Positions 42,856 through 55,487 of a stretch of 64,000 bases of DNA are shown here, piece by piece. How positions within the stretch are numbered: position 1 is the first letter of the stretch; each line of letters begins with the position of its first letter. The notes below the pieces were generated by a model. It was not told the origin of the DNA. It did no database searches and saw only the letters and a program-made list of their open reading frames with translations. The DNA is taken from the NCBI GenBank assembly GCA_951406725.2, contig OX597815.1:101804001-101868000 (forward strand), written 5' to 3'. This DNA is from Octopus vulgaris. Its lineage: Eukaryota. Position numbers and translations under genes: made by a program.

Positions 42856-43070
42856 GTAAGAATATTATGAGAAATTATGCAACAAATATAGACTGGTTTT
42901 CCATTAACATATTCAGACTTTGTGGCATAATCGGCCTGGAAAATGATCAAAGATCTATTCCTCCAACATATTCAGGCATATGAGTGTGTGTGTGTGTGCG
43001 TGTGTATGTGTGCATCCATCCATCCATCCATACACACACACACACACATACACACACACACACATACACA

Positions 43071-43111
<41 letters not shown>

Positions 43112-43186
43112 TTCCATATATATGTATATACATATACATATATATGTATATACATATATATATGTATATATATCCATATATATATG

Positions 43187-43235
<49 letters not shown>

Positions 43236-43349
43236 AATAATATGAATTGGTAATATCTGTAAGTTGATGATTGAAATGAATTTGTTCCTCCATTTTCTTA
43301 TTTGTATTATATATATATATACACGCACACACACACGCAGGTACACACA

Positions 43350-43380
<31 letters not shown>

Positions 43381-43559
43381 GCAAGTATGTACGTTAGTGC
43401 ATGTTGTGTGGATGCCCATGTGTGTGTATGTGTCTGTAACCATGATGAGGAAATGACTGACCTAAGGAATATATTCCACACACACAAACACACACATACA
43501 CACATGCACATACGCACGCACGCACGCACACACATGTACGCACATACGCACACACACAA

Positions 43560-43590
<31 letters not shown>

Positions 43591-44042
43591 CATACATAAT
43601 GATACATGCATATATGTATGCAGTGTGCACATGCGCATGGGATTGTTAAAGGTTGTCGAATGTCGAAAGAAATATGGTAATATTTCATTTGTAAAGATTT
43701 ATTGCATCTGAACGTGTCCAGGTCAGCAGATTACCCTCCTTCTTCTTATTCATCAATTATATCTTCGGCTCGACAGAGTATTACATATTACGATATTATG
43801 TGCGACATACGGCTGAAGAATGGAACAATATTAAATATGACATTAAATATATAATGGTTAAAAAAAAAACAATAACAGAAATAAAAATCTTTAGAAAAAT
43901 CACTTTAAAGAAAATAAATACATATTCATCTATAAATACGTAGAAAATATAAGTAAAAAGAAATGTAAAGGTGAGGAAAGGTGGTGGGTTTGTAGACTCG
44001 TTAGAGCATCGGAGAAAACACTTCGCAATATTTATTCCGACT

Positions 44043-44772
44043 AAGGCGGCGAGCTGGCAGAAACGTTAGCACGTTGGGCGAAATGCTTAGCGGTATTTCG
44101 TCTGTCTTTACGTTCTGCGTTCAAATTTCGCCGAGGTCGACATTGCTTTTTATACTTTCGGGGTCGATAGATTAAGTACCAGTTACGCACTGGAGTCGAT
44201 ATAATCGACTTAATCCGTTTGTCTGTCATTGTTTGTCCTCTCTGTGTTTAGCCCCTAGTGGGTAGTAAAGAAATAAGTATTTCGTCTGCCGCTACGTTCT
44301 GAGTTCAAATTCCGACGAGGTCGACTTTGCCTTTCATCCTTTCGGGGTCGATTAAATAAGTACCAGTTACGCACTGGGGTCGATATAATCGACTTAATCC
44401 ATTTATCTGTCCTTGTTTGTCCGCTCTGTGTTTAGCCCCTACTGGGTAGTACAGAAATAAGTATTTCGTCTGCCGCTACGTTCTGAGTTCAAATTCCGCC
44501 GAGTTCGACTTTGCCTTTCATCCTTTCGGGGTCGATTAAATAAGTACCGGTTACGCACTTGGGTCGATATAATTGACTTAATCCGTTTGTCTGTCCTTGT
44601 TTATCCTCTCTGTGTTTAGCCTCAAGTGGGTAGTAAAGAAATAGGTATTTTGTCTGTTTTTACGTTCTGAGTTCAAATTCCGCCGAGGTCGACTCCGCTT
44701 TTCATCCTTTTTGGGGTCGATGGATTAATAGCCCCTCCATTAAAATTGCTGGTCTTGTGCCAAAATTTGAAA
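44043..44772 (+). mobile_element. SINE family B with internal body amplified as a tandem array of 183-184 bp (about 3.6 units)
   Basis: Head AAGGCGGCGAGCTGGCAGAAACGTTAGC. GTATTT(C/T)GTCTG recurs at 44093, 44277, 44461 and 44645. Each unit has GTTCAAAT (B box) and a GGTCGACTTTGCCTTTCATCCTTTCGGGGTCGAT-type core. Confidence 0.9.
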
Positions 44773-44789
44773 TTAATACTTATTCCAAA

Positions 44790-45290
44790 CCAGGCAGTGA
44801 AATGGCAGAATCGTTAGCACGTAGAGCAAGATGCTTGACAGCATCTCATCTGTCTCTACATTCTGAGTTCAAATTCTGCCAAGGTTGACCTTGCCTCTCA
44901 TCCTCCTTTCGGATTCTACCTGTCTAGAATTATGGATCGGTAGAACCATTAGCAGGTTGGAGAAAATGCCTCGTGGCATTTGTTTCGGCTTGACACGTTC
45001 TGAGTTCAAATAGCAACGAGATCAACTTTGACTTTTATCTTTATGGGATGGAAAAAATGAATTACCCGTCCAGATCATTAGATTGACAGAAAAATTAAAG
45101 AATAGGCAAAAAATTGCACGCGGTATTTCTTCTTGTTCTTCACGTTTTGTGTTCAAATACCACCCAGATTAATTTAGTGTCTTATACTTCCGGGGCCGGT
45201 AAAATAAAATACTTTCCTAATGCAGTGGATTGGTAGAATTTTTAGAGCAATGAACAAAATGTTTTGCCGTATATGTCCCGGCCCTTTACG
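44790..45290 (+). mobile_element. Cluster of further diverged SINE B heads
   Basis: Repeated TGG(C/T)AGAA..GTTAGC...AAATG...GTTCTGAGTTCAAAT segments. Confidence 0.7.
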
Positions 45291-45488
45291 CTGTGTTCGC
45301 GTGTGACGGCACTGGTGCTTGTTGCCTTTTCTTTGGAAAACATCTATGGCGTGGAGAGAAGTCTGCTGTATGAGTAATTGTTGGTCTTGCAGACATTTAC
45401 GAAAACATAAAAACAAAAAAAATTTGAAAAACAGGAAATTTTCCAGACTTCTGGACAAATAATATATATCCTGAATGCAGGATATATA

Positions 45489-45700
45489 TCTATTATATAA
45501 AATCCGCTCTGTCTGTCTGTGTGTATGTCTCCTAGGATCTCGGGCATCCTCCATTCGATTGCGCTCAAATTTGATACGTAGATACCGATAGTATCAGGGC
45601 GTGCATAAGTCTTGAAAAAAATTACAAAAATCGATTCCAGGTGAGAATGCGATCGATAAAGCCGTTTTTGTCCTGCTTTTCTTCTGTCAACCTGCATATA
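45489..45700 (+). mobile_element. Non-autonomous Helitron-like 5' end
   Basis: A|TCTATTATATAAAA followed by (CTGT)n and CCATTCGATTGCGCTCAAATTTG, an architecture typical of invertebrate non-autonomous Helitrons. The 3' end was not located. Confidence 0.5.
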
Positions 45701-46032
45701 ACTGCACCTTCCACTTTTTTTTGTTTTTGTACTGCTTAAAGGCTCGTTTCTTTCTTGCCAAGCTTACTGTTTGTGTTCTCCCAGTCAACAGCCTTATTAT
45801 TACTGGTACTTTAAACTCTTCGGTTGCATATTTGTGCGAATAAAATCGTTTTTCTTTGGAATAGAAAAAAAGTCTATCGTCATTTCTTCTTTTTCTGGTG
45901 TCTCAAATTTAGGTTAAATCAGTGTTTCTCAAAGGGGGGGCCTATGGGATGGTCGGACAAGTTGTTTTGAGAAAATTTGGTTTAAATGTTTGGCAACTCA
46001 GCACCTTCCATTGGACGTGGGGAGTTTTGCTC

Positions 46033-46069
<37 letters not shown>

Positions 46070-47317
46070 CAGTCATACCTCGCAGTACGAGTTTAATTCG
46101 TTCCATGACAGAGCTCCTCTTATGATTTACTCGTTTTATAAATCAATTTTTCTCATTGAAATTAACTAAAATTTAATTAAACCGTTCCAGCCCCCCCGAA
46201 ATCACCCCAAAATAGTTTTTTTATGGGCTTTAAAACAGAAAAAGTGTAGTTACAACTGATTTTAGTAACTAAATTACCTTAAAGATAGGACGATAGAGCG
46301 GGGAGGATTACTGTTTGGAATGAGAATCCTCTTCTATTAAAACTTCATTCTATTAAAACAATTTCTAGCGTTTTCTCTCTCACTTCGCTTAATTTAGGCA
46401 TTTTGGACACACTTTCTACACTTTTTACCCTTGCAGGTCGTTTCATTGGAAACATATCAAGAGAAGTCTGCTTTTTCCTGCCTTTCAAAATGCTACGGAA
46501 ATGCGCCAAAGCAGTGTCATTAAATAAAGCAGCTGCACGACCTGGAGCTACTTTCCAAGATGATATTTTTCTACAAATTCAGAAACATACTGCCACTTTA
46601 CCAACGCTACCTTTATGCGTCTGCTGATATCTCCTCCGTCGATGTTCCAGGGTTCTGCTTCGGGAGATCCTCATTCAACGCTCGTGCTTCCTTGCAGATG
46701 ATGGTCTCCGTAATCGTATCCCCTGCGACTTGCTTCTCGTTGATCTACAGGAGAAGCAAATTTTTCGTCCTTTCGTGGATAGATCTGCATTGCTTAGAGA
46801 GCCTGGAGACACACTTTGCTGTTGTAATGGCCGTGATCACGTTTTTTTTTTCTTCAGGATGGTGCAGATCGTCGACGTGCTTCGGTCATATTGACGTGCT
46901 ATGTCCACTACACGCGCTCCTCTCTCATGCTTATGAATGATTTCCTTCTTCAATTTTTGTCATAATCGGCTTTTTCTTCTTCTCAGCACTGTTCTTTGCA
47001 CTAATCGTCTTAGGACCCATGGCTAACACAACTAATCATTATAAAATAATAGTAAAAATGCACAAAACTAAGCAAAATCACTGGGGAAAACACAACAGGA
47101 ATGCTGCCACAACGAGATAAACACGTGAACCGAGCGAGCGGAGACTGCATTTGTTGGGAGAGCGTGTGCAAGCTCAGCGCCGACAAGCGGTCGTTTGTAT
47201 GAAACTCTCTCGTACTACAGATTTCCGCTCGTACTCCAAGACAAAAATTCGCATGAGCCTCGACTCGTACAGCGAATTATACGTACAATGGTACACTCGT
47301 ATTGCGAAGTTTTACAG
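46070..47317 (-). mobile_element. Internally deleted Tigger/pogo element
   Basis: TA-flanked imperfect TIRs CAGTCATACCTCGCAGTACGAG / CTCGTATTGCGAAGTTTTACAG. Minus-strand ATG at 47020 gives MGPKTISAK...KKEIIHKHERGARVVDIARQYDRSTSTICTILKKK (CENP-B-type HTH) with a frameshift. Confidence 0.85.
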
Positions 47318-47659
47318 TATTCTTTTATTCTTTCACATATTTCAGTCATTTGTCTACTTATTCTATCGGTTTCTTTTGCCAAACAGCTAAGTTACGGGGA
47401 CGTAAACACAGCAACATCGGTGTCAAGCGATTTTGGGGGGCGGGGGTGCAAACACACTCTGTTCTTTCTGGATGCGACGCGTACTTAACTGGATGTCGTT
47501 TCTTCTCGCCTCCCGACATTGTTTTTCTCTTCTACTATTTTCTTCTCTTATATTTATTCTATATCCTTTCAAAATTTCTCCCATGCGTTACCCATTACAA
47601 TGCGTGTTGGCTTAACGGCCCTTAATATTTGTTTTCGTCAACTGTTGACTCTGTACGGC

Positions 47660-48376
47660 TACCCTTTCGTTGTTTGGATATTATTGGCTTTTTCCTAGCG
47701 ATTCGTCCATGTAGTCCAAATTCTCTCAAACGGTTGCGGACGGATTGTAGTGTAAAAATAACACCATTCTCGCTGGACAATTGTTTACAAATGTCAACAG
47801 CTGTCAGCATTTGGTTGCCTTCCGAAATTCAGAGGATTCGACGGTCCAACTGCGCCGTCGTTTTTCTTGGGGCACCAGTCCTTTGCCGATCTTAATATTG
47901 ACCAGTCTCCGAGTATAATTTCCACGCTTGCACGCAAGCCGTTTCACTGCACTTTAGTTGCTTGCTGATGTTCGAAAAGGAAACATTTTGCTGGTGGAGT
48001 AATACGATTTTTGCTCTCGTGACTGGACTGAGGCTACGTTGTTTTCCCTTTATTAATCAATTGTATAATAACGTTAAATTATAACACTATATGGTGCAGT
48101 TAGGCTAGTTGTGTGACCACCCATTTTGGCAAAACAATTTGCATACATATTACATGGTCTTAAATTAATTTTGCCGGTAAATTTGAAACGTTTGTATTTG
48201 TTTAGAATTAGAATTCTTCAAGTTGTATAAAAATAGTTATTGTCTGCATCATTCGAAAGAGAAATAAATTCTGCATAAGGTATAAAAGATAAAAATAATT
48301 TGTATGGTGTTAGTAACAAGATATTTTGTAAGAAATAGAACTTTTATCATCGGTCTTAAATTTATTTTCGTCAGTG
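47660..48376 (-). mobile_element. Left part of a Tc1-family transposon (IR/DR-like end plus N-terminal DNA-binding domain)
   Basis: End TA-CACTGACGAAAATAAATTTAAGACC with an inner related repeat near 48155. Minus-strand translation LSPVTRAKIVLLHQQ...RTGAPRKTT..LDRRI...VRNRLREFGLHGRIARKKP, with stops. Confidence 0.8.
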
Positions 48377-48387
48377 TATATATATAT

Positions 48388-48419
<32 letters not shown>

Positions 48420-48694
48420 ATTTGTGTATTTCAGAAAATTACACTCTTAGGAAGTGTCCATCTACATTACCAAATGTACTCAAACATTATAACAGAACAA
48501 CTTCATTTCATAAGTGTGCGTATAACCATACGCAGACTGAAACAGTCTTCATGAAAAGTCATGATCAAAGTATTTCAACGGGACAAAGCATTTCGCTAGA
48601 CAACCGATGTTGGTGCATTTATCAACTTAGCGGTAACTTAGCGGTTCGGCAACACCAACAGCTTCCCCGATTAGTTTCCACATAGTTTCCATGT

Positions 48695-48778
48695 ATTTTG
48701 ACGAAATGAGTTATAGAAAAGAATTTTGACGAAATGAGTTATAGAAAAGAATTTTGACGAAATGAGTTATAGAAAAAG
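48695..48778. repeat. 28-bp tandem repeat x3 inside a decayed SINE A
   Basis: ATTTTGACGAAATGAGTTATAGAAAAGA x3. Confidence 0.9.
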
Positions 48779-49939
48779 CACTTGCTAAAAGTATCACGCG
48801 GTGGAATCGAACCCGAAAGAAATTAGGTGTGAAGCGAACTTCTTAAACGCACAACCATGTCTACAGCGATGTGAAACTCACACCACTTGATGAGTGCGGT
48901 GGGGGAAATCCCGGGAGATATTTACAGATACTGCAATTTATATATATATTGATGACAGGTTATAGATTATTTACAAATTTCAACAGACTATGTCGAAGAT
49001 GATGAGATTAAAATATGTTGAAACCGTGATACCCCGGTTGTCAGGCACTTATATTCTCTCTAAGGGTTTTATTCTTAACAGCCATTAGGAATAGTAAAAT
49101 ACGATATTCACTCTTTTTTAATCTTAAACCAAAAACTCCAAGCCAACGAGGGGGATTGTCTCCACTCAGTCTGTTTGATCTGCTAAAAATAACGTTCAAG
49201 TCTCCTTCAGTTCGATCAAATTAACCTTAAAATGGAGCATAATGGCACAAAGCATAATGTAGTTCTATGTCTGAAAATAAAGACAAGCTAGTCATAGAAC
49301 AATTACTGTCACAAATTTTGGTTGATCTGCTCTTATACGAGGCTAACAACAGCAGCAACAAAGAATACAGTATTTCCCGTTTTTTTTCAAATAATTTATT
49401 GTGTGCGCGCACGCGCGTGTGTGTGTTCATGCACTTGAAATTCTTCACATAGTTTATTTAATTAATATATAAATTTTGTAAAGAAGAATATGTTGTATAA
49501 ATAATTATGTGCACCGTGACCATCCCACAAGAATTGTTTTAGCATTTAGAAGATACTAACCACTGCAATAAAAAACATGATTCCTCAGAGTGAAATGAGG
49601 TCGTGGTTAAGAAGCACTCTGCGTAACTACTTCATTCGGGTTCACTCCTACAACGTGGCCCCTTAGGCCAACATTTACTCAGGTCTTGTGAATGAGATAT
49701 GGCGGACAGAAACTGTGTGAAAACTTGTCGAAAGGATTGTGTCTATCACTTAATGGTGGACTTAATCCATCTCTCGGTATAGAATAATAACATGATCCTT
49801 AAGTGCCTTAAGTGAAGTCCACTCCGTCAGATCTCTAATATAAAGATAACATTCACTTTTCCTCCCACCAGTTTTTGAGGCACTGAAGAATGCCATGAGT
49901 GTTGTTGTTCTCCCTTTGACACTGATATATTTCGTAATT

Positions 49940-50153
49940 ATTGGTTTCACATTTTGGCACAAGGCCAGCAACTTCGGAGGATAGGCTACGCCGATTACAT
50001 CGACTCTAGTACTCAATTGGTACTTATTTTTTCGACCCTGAAAGGATGAAAGGCAAATCGACCTCGGCGGAATTTGAACTTAAAACTAATGGACGGACCA
50101 AATGCCACAAAGCATTTTGTCCGCTGTGCTAACGACTCTGCCAGCTCGCCGTC
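49940..50153 (-). mobile_element. SINE family B
   Basis: Reverse complement of the 44043 family, head to tail. Confidence 0.85.
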
Positions 50154-51439
50154 TTATATTTCACAATTGTTATCTAATTTTTACAATTGCGTCGTCCTTA
50201 GAAATAAACTTCCAGCCAATTTCAGACGTTTGAGTTGATAACTATTCCCTATTTTACATGGTTTTCTTCGTTGATGCCACTTTAGCCTTTGAAAAAATGC
50301 AAGAACACCCCATAGTTTAATCCTGTTTTAAATATGACGCTTTTTTCCCCTTCCTTCTTTAAAGAAGATTTATATAAAAATAATAGTGCAAAGTTCTGTA
50401 GAATAAAATTAAATTCTCGACCCACTTCGATTACATTTTTTTCTAGTTACGTTACTAATGAAATGAACTGCAACAAAAATGTTCTTTCTACAGTATATAG
50501 ATTTCCTTTCGGTATCACATTAACCAGAAAATTACTAGCTGTAAATATAAGAAACAGTCTCAGCACCTCATTGATTGTAAGAGATGCTTTTAGAATGTTG
50601 CTATAACGAGTTTTATTTTTAAGCAGCAGGTCGCTCACGTCCCTACTAAAAGAATAGATTTCTGGATAAATATGTTTAATGTTTATTGTGGCGTGTATTT
50701 TTAGAAGCACATTTATAGAGGACACTTCTTTTTTTTTTTTTTTTGATATATAATTACAATTCTTTGAACAAATTTAACACAAAACATATCAACGTTTTAA
50801 ATTACTCTATATTCCTATATTCTATACTGAAAGCAAAATAATTTCCAAAAATGTGTCTCTTAAATCTAATTATATCAATTACATGCATTTATTTTAGCTT
50901 TCACAGTAATCCATTCACATTATCACAGCGTGTTACCTGAACCGTGAAGAAGTTAGAGAAATTGCTTTAGAATTTATCAGATTTCAACCTGATGCTGATA
51001 AAGCGTTCTGTTTTGTAGATTAAAATAATAGGCTATATGCTGAGGTTGACCTTCAATGATTAACAAAACGATTGCAACAGATTACCAACGTATATGAAAT
51101 TTTACACATTACTTATTTTTGCGTAGACTTAAACATATTAATTAAAAGAAGTGATGGAATGTGTGCGCAGGCACATTGGCTTTCCTTCTCTAGGTCATAC
51201 AAAATACACCCACCCACACACACACACACATGCTTGTATGTATGTATGTATGTATGTATGTATGTACGTATGTATCTATCTGCTTGTCTGTCTGTCTGTC
51301 TGTCTGTCTATCTGTCTGCACAAGGACACACACACAAACTCACATATATTTTTGCATATACACACACACACATATACATATATATAATGTATACATACCT
51401 ACATGCAAATATGTGCATGTGTGTAGATATGTATGTGCT

Positions 51440-51497
<58 letters not shown>

Positions 51498-52004
51498 AAT
51501 TACACTGAATTATGGAGAATAATGTAATATCTATTAATTAAATGCTTTATTACATTGGCAAAACTCATTACAAAAACTCATTTTTCTTAAATTCTCAGTT
51601 TTAATGATTTATATGTCTAACGAATGCGGTAATAACATTTAGATCGAACTAGTCAATAAAATTGTCTTTCCTGTTCAATGAATCTGAATAAATCCTGTAG
51701 ACACGATGGAATTTTCTAGTGATGCTATTCTTTTTTAAATGCTCCTCACTGCTGTCTGTTTTGAGTGAAGATGCGAACAAATTGCAAGGTTGTGAACTTA
51801 AAATTTTAAAATTTATCACTTTGGAGTAAGGTAAAAATCGATAATGAAATTTGTAGAATGAATTAAATAAAAGATAAGTTGGGGTACGTTGAAGAATGTC
51901 CTGTTATACGAGTAATACCCGTCTGCAAAGAAATGATTTTGTCAACGGTCTGAACAATCACACCTCAACTTTCTTCATACAGAGAAACGAGTTAACGAGG
52001 TGGA

Positions 52005-52342
52005 GGCCAGTCGATTACCCTAGTACGTAACTGGTACTTAATTTATCAACCTCGAAAGGATGAAAGGCAAAGTCGATCTCGGCGGAATTTGAACTCAGAA
52101 CGTAAAGAACATTTCTTTATTGCCCACAAGGGGTTCAACATAGAGGGGACAAATAAGGACAGACAAAGGGATTAAGTCGATTACATAGACCCTAGTGCGT
52201 AACTGGTACTTAATTTATCGACCCTGAAAGGATGAAAGGCAAAGTCAACCCCGGCGGAATTTGAACTCAGAACGTAACGGCAGACGAAATTCCGATAAGC
52301 ATTTCGGTTGGTGTGCTAACGTTTCTGCCAGCTCGCCGCCTT
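52005..52342 (-). mobile_element. SINE family B with partial tandem duplication of its body
   Basis: Head at 52342. The core CTGGTACTTAATTTATC...AAGGATGAAAGGCAAAGTC...GGAATTTGAACTCAGAACGTAA occurs twice. Confidence 0.85.
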
Positions 52343-52520
52343 AGTTTATGACTAAATAGCTACAATGAAATATTTTATAGATTTTTCTGTTTCTATATTT
52401 TTGCCGACAATAACAACCAATAATTATGTCGGATTCTAAATATTTCAGTGATCTGTATCATTACATCATTTAAGTCTGTCCCTGTCTCTGTCTCTGTCTC
52501 TGTCTGTCTAACTGTCTGTT

Positions 52521-52603
<83 letters not shown>

Positions 52604-53478
52604 GTCTCACTCGCTCTTTCTCTCTAGAAAATGCGATAAACTTTCTCTTTCCAATCTGATCTCACTGCGCGGCACCTTAGGTTAGTATCTTCTATAGCTT
52701 CGGAATGACTAATACCTAATAGCACTCAAGTTCTTACATCTCCTTTTCTACCCTCACCTTCCATCTTGCTACAGCCTTCACCCACCTCCTCACAGGGTTA
52801 AGTACCACCCCGAACTCATTAAATCAAGGTGTCCGAGAGAGATATTGTACTCCATAGTTCATACGCCTAGCCACCAAAACCAAGTGGTATTTTATCAATT
52901 AACTACGAAAGGATGAAAATAAAAGCTAGCCTCGGCAGGATTTGAACTCATAACGCAATGTGTTGGAACGAATATCACAAAGCATAACCTTTGGACGATT
53001 TAACAATAAAGTTGTTCTTTTATTTTTTGACTTTACCGCGGGCTGATTGGCGGAATAGTTAGAAAGTTGGGGAAAACGTCTCTCAGCATTTGCTCTGGCT
53101 TTTATGTTCCGAGCACAAATTTTGCCGAGAGCAACACTGCCTTTCATTCTACTGGGGTCGGTAAAGTAAAGTACAAATGAAATAATGAGTCGATGTAATT
53201 GACTAATATCCACGCTTCGAAAATTGCTGGTCTTGCTTCTAAATTGGAAACACATATTTTACAGATTTAAGACATTTTCTAACGGCCATACAGGAGCACT
53301 TTGTATAAGAATTAGTTGTTCATATGGGCCTAATTGCTTATTTCAGTTTCTGAATAATTTTATAGACTCCTTATCGAACCTTAAAGTTATGGACTATGAA
53401 GCACAACATAAACAATAACACCAGTTTTTAGGCCATTTTAGGAATTTGAAAATGTATATATATATATATATATATATA

Positions 53479-54729
53479 CAGGGGTTGGACAAAATTATGG
53501 AAACACCTAATAGCATTTGAGCATCATAATTTTGAAATATCTATAAAACGGTCAAAAACTTGCTTATTTTTATGTATTTAGATTTGTTATTAGTGTTGTT
53601 TAATATGTTTTGCTAAAATTGCTGGGGTTTTTTCAGACATCATCAGAAACAGGTAATTAAAATTCATTAAAATGACAGATCTATAGGACTTCCATAGAGA
53701 TCAAATTGCTGGTGCTCGTATGGCAGGCGCTAGCGTAACGAAAACACCCGAAATGTTTGGTGTATCAAAAAGTACTGCCTCGAAAATAATGACAGCCTTT
53801 GAGAAACAGGGAAAAAACCTCCTCGTCGAAACAAAACTCCGGAAAAAAAAAACGAAAACTTTCAGATAGGGTCTGTCGGACTCTTACATCCCCCAAAATT
53901 ACTGCAGAGCTTAACGATCACCTCGAGAATCCAGTTTCCACAAAAACTGTTCGTTGGGAGCTGCACAAAGCCGGATTTCACGGGAAGGCTGCAATCAGAA
54001 GACCACTACTTTCAAAAACAAAAGTTGCAAAGTTTTTAGAGTGGAGTAAAAACCTACAGAATTGGTCCCTAGAGCAGTGGAAGAATGTTATTTTCTCGGA
54101 CGAGTCATCCTTTACCTTATTTCCGACCACCGGCCGAGTATACATGTGGAGACAGCCAAAAGAAGCATTTGATCCAGATTGCCTTCTTACAACTGTTAAA
54201 CATGGAAGAGGATCTGTGATGATCTGGCGGGCTATATCTTGGAAATCCGCCGGCCCAATGGTTTCCCTTCATGGCAGAATTAATAGACAAGATTATTTAA
54301 ACATTTTATCTACCAAATTCCCTCTGTGGTTGCGGAACTATTTCCAGAGAGAAACGCAATCTTTCAGGATGACAATGCACCAATTCACACAGCTAATGTT
54401 ACTGAATGGCACGAGGAACATTCTAGTGAAGTTGAATATCTTATCTAGCCACCACAGTCCCCAGATCTCAGTATTATTGAATATTTACGGTGCATTTTAG
54501 AAAAACAGGTAAGGAGTCGATATCCCCCACCATCATCACTACAAGAACTGGAGACTGTTTTAGCTGAAGAATGGACAAAAAAAAATTTTCTTTGGAAACA
54601 ATTGAAAATTTGTATGAGTCCATACCTCGCAGAATTCAAGCTGTAATTACTGCCAAAGGCGGTTCTTCCCATATTAAAATAAATTTGTTTGAAATTTTAA
54701 GGTGTTTCCATTATTTTGTTCAACTCCTG
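53479..54729 (+). mobile_element. Near-complete Tc1-family DNA transposon with a disrupted DDE transposase
   Basis: 30-bp TIRs CAGGGGTTGGACAAAATTATGGAAACACCT / AGGTGTTTCCATTATTTTGTTCAACTCCTG, TA-flanked. Transposase from ATG 53672 contains WKNVIFSDES, TVKHGRGSVMIW, FQDDNAPIH, SPDLSIIE and SIPRRIQAVITAKGG, with a stop and frameshifts. Confidence 0.93.
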
Positions 54730-54946
54730 TATATAGCTGAAATTTACAGAAAAACAAAAGACGAAGACAGGTGTATGAACAATAAGCAGGTGTATTAATT
54801 TGACGCTCAGGAAAGTGAGAAAGTCTTTTACGTTTCGAGCCTGCTTGAGTCGTCTAAGAGACCATAAGTCAGGGAGGAGATGAACTTGTATAACTGCTAG
54901 TAGAGTGGATATATTGTCTGGATTTTGTAGTGTTAATTATCCATCA

Positions 54947-55040
54947 CGGCTGGTCTTACCAGTCGGTTTCGCGTGAAGTTATATAATGGAGTGTTAGGCA
55001 ACAAACCAGTTATATAACATGCGCTCGTCAGAGGTAGCCG
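54947..55040 (-). ncRNA. Type I hammerhead ribozyme
   Basis: Minus strand: CGGCT-AC-CT-CTGACGA-GCG...GTTATATAA.TGG...CCA TTATATAAC...CGC-GAAA-CC GACT GG-TA-AG-ACC-AGCCG. GUA cleavage falls between 54957 and 54956. Confidence 0.75.
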
Positions 55041-55253
55041 ACATGGAACGGGAAAGGCGAAATGGTGACCATTTTCCACTCCAGAGTGGTCGCCATCTCC
55101 CCTTCCATGTGGGCTATCTCTGACGAGGGTATATAGAATTCAGACAATATATTTATATATATGTGTGTACGCGCGCACACACACACACATACACGTGCTT
55201 GCTGGATTTCACCACTATTTCCATCTACCAAATTTCTCTCACAGGATATAGTA

Positions 55254-55487
55254 CAGCGGCTCTCAACCGGGTTCTTATAAGATTTTGTTGTTAAAATTTA
55301 TATGCAATAAATTGCATATGCATCCACAATACACAAAATACTTTAACAATCTTTTAATACTATTCCAAATAATATTTAATATTAAAAATATTACAGGATT
55401 TTTTAAACATTGAATGGCAATGGGAGTCCACCCTCGTAAAATAGGAATCAAAGAGATCCACAGACAAAAATTGGCTCAGAAACACTG
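55254..55487. mobile_element. hAT (Charlie-like) MITE inserted into a decayed SINE A
   Basis: Termini CAGCGGCTCTCAACC / GGCTCAGAAACACTG with a perfect 8-bp TSD ATATAGTA (55246-55253 and 55488-55495). Confidence 0.85.

Noticed and set aside
48995-49045. ATGATGA-GAT...GTT-GAAA-CCG...CGG-TT
   Set aside because: C3 is missing and there is no stem I, so it is too degenerate to call.
55024-55127. Pre-miRNA
   Set aside because: No recognised conserved mature miRNA, and the hairpin is better explained as part of the hammerhead element. Not excluded without small RNA data.
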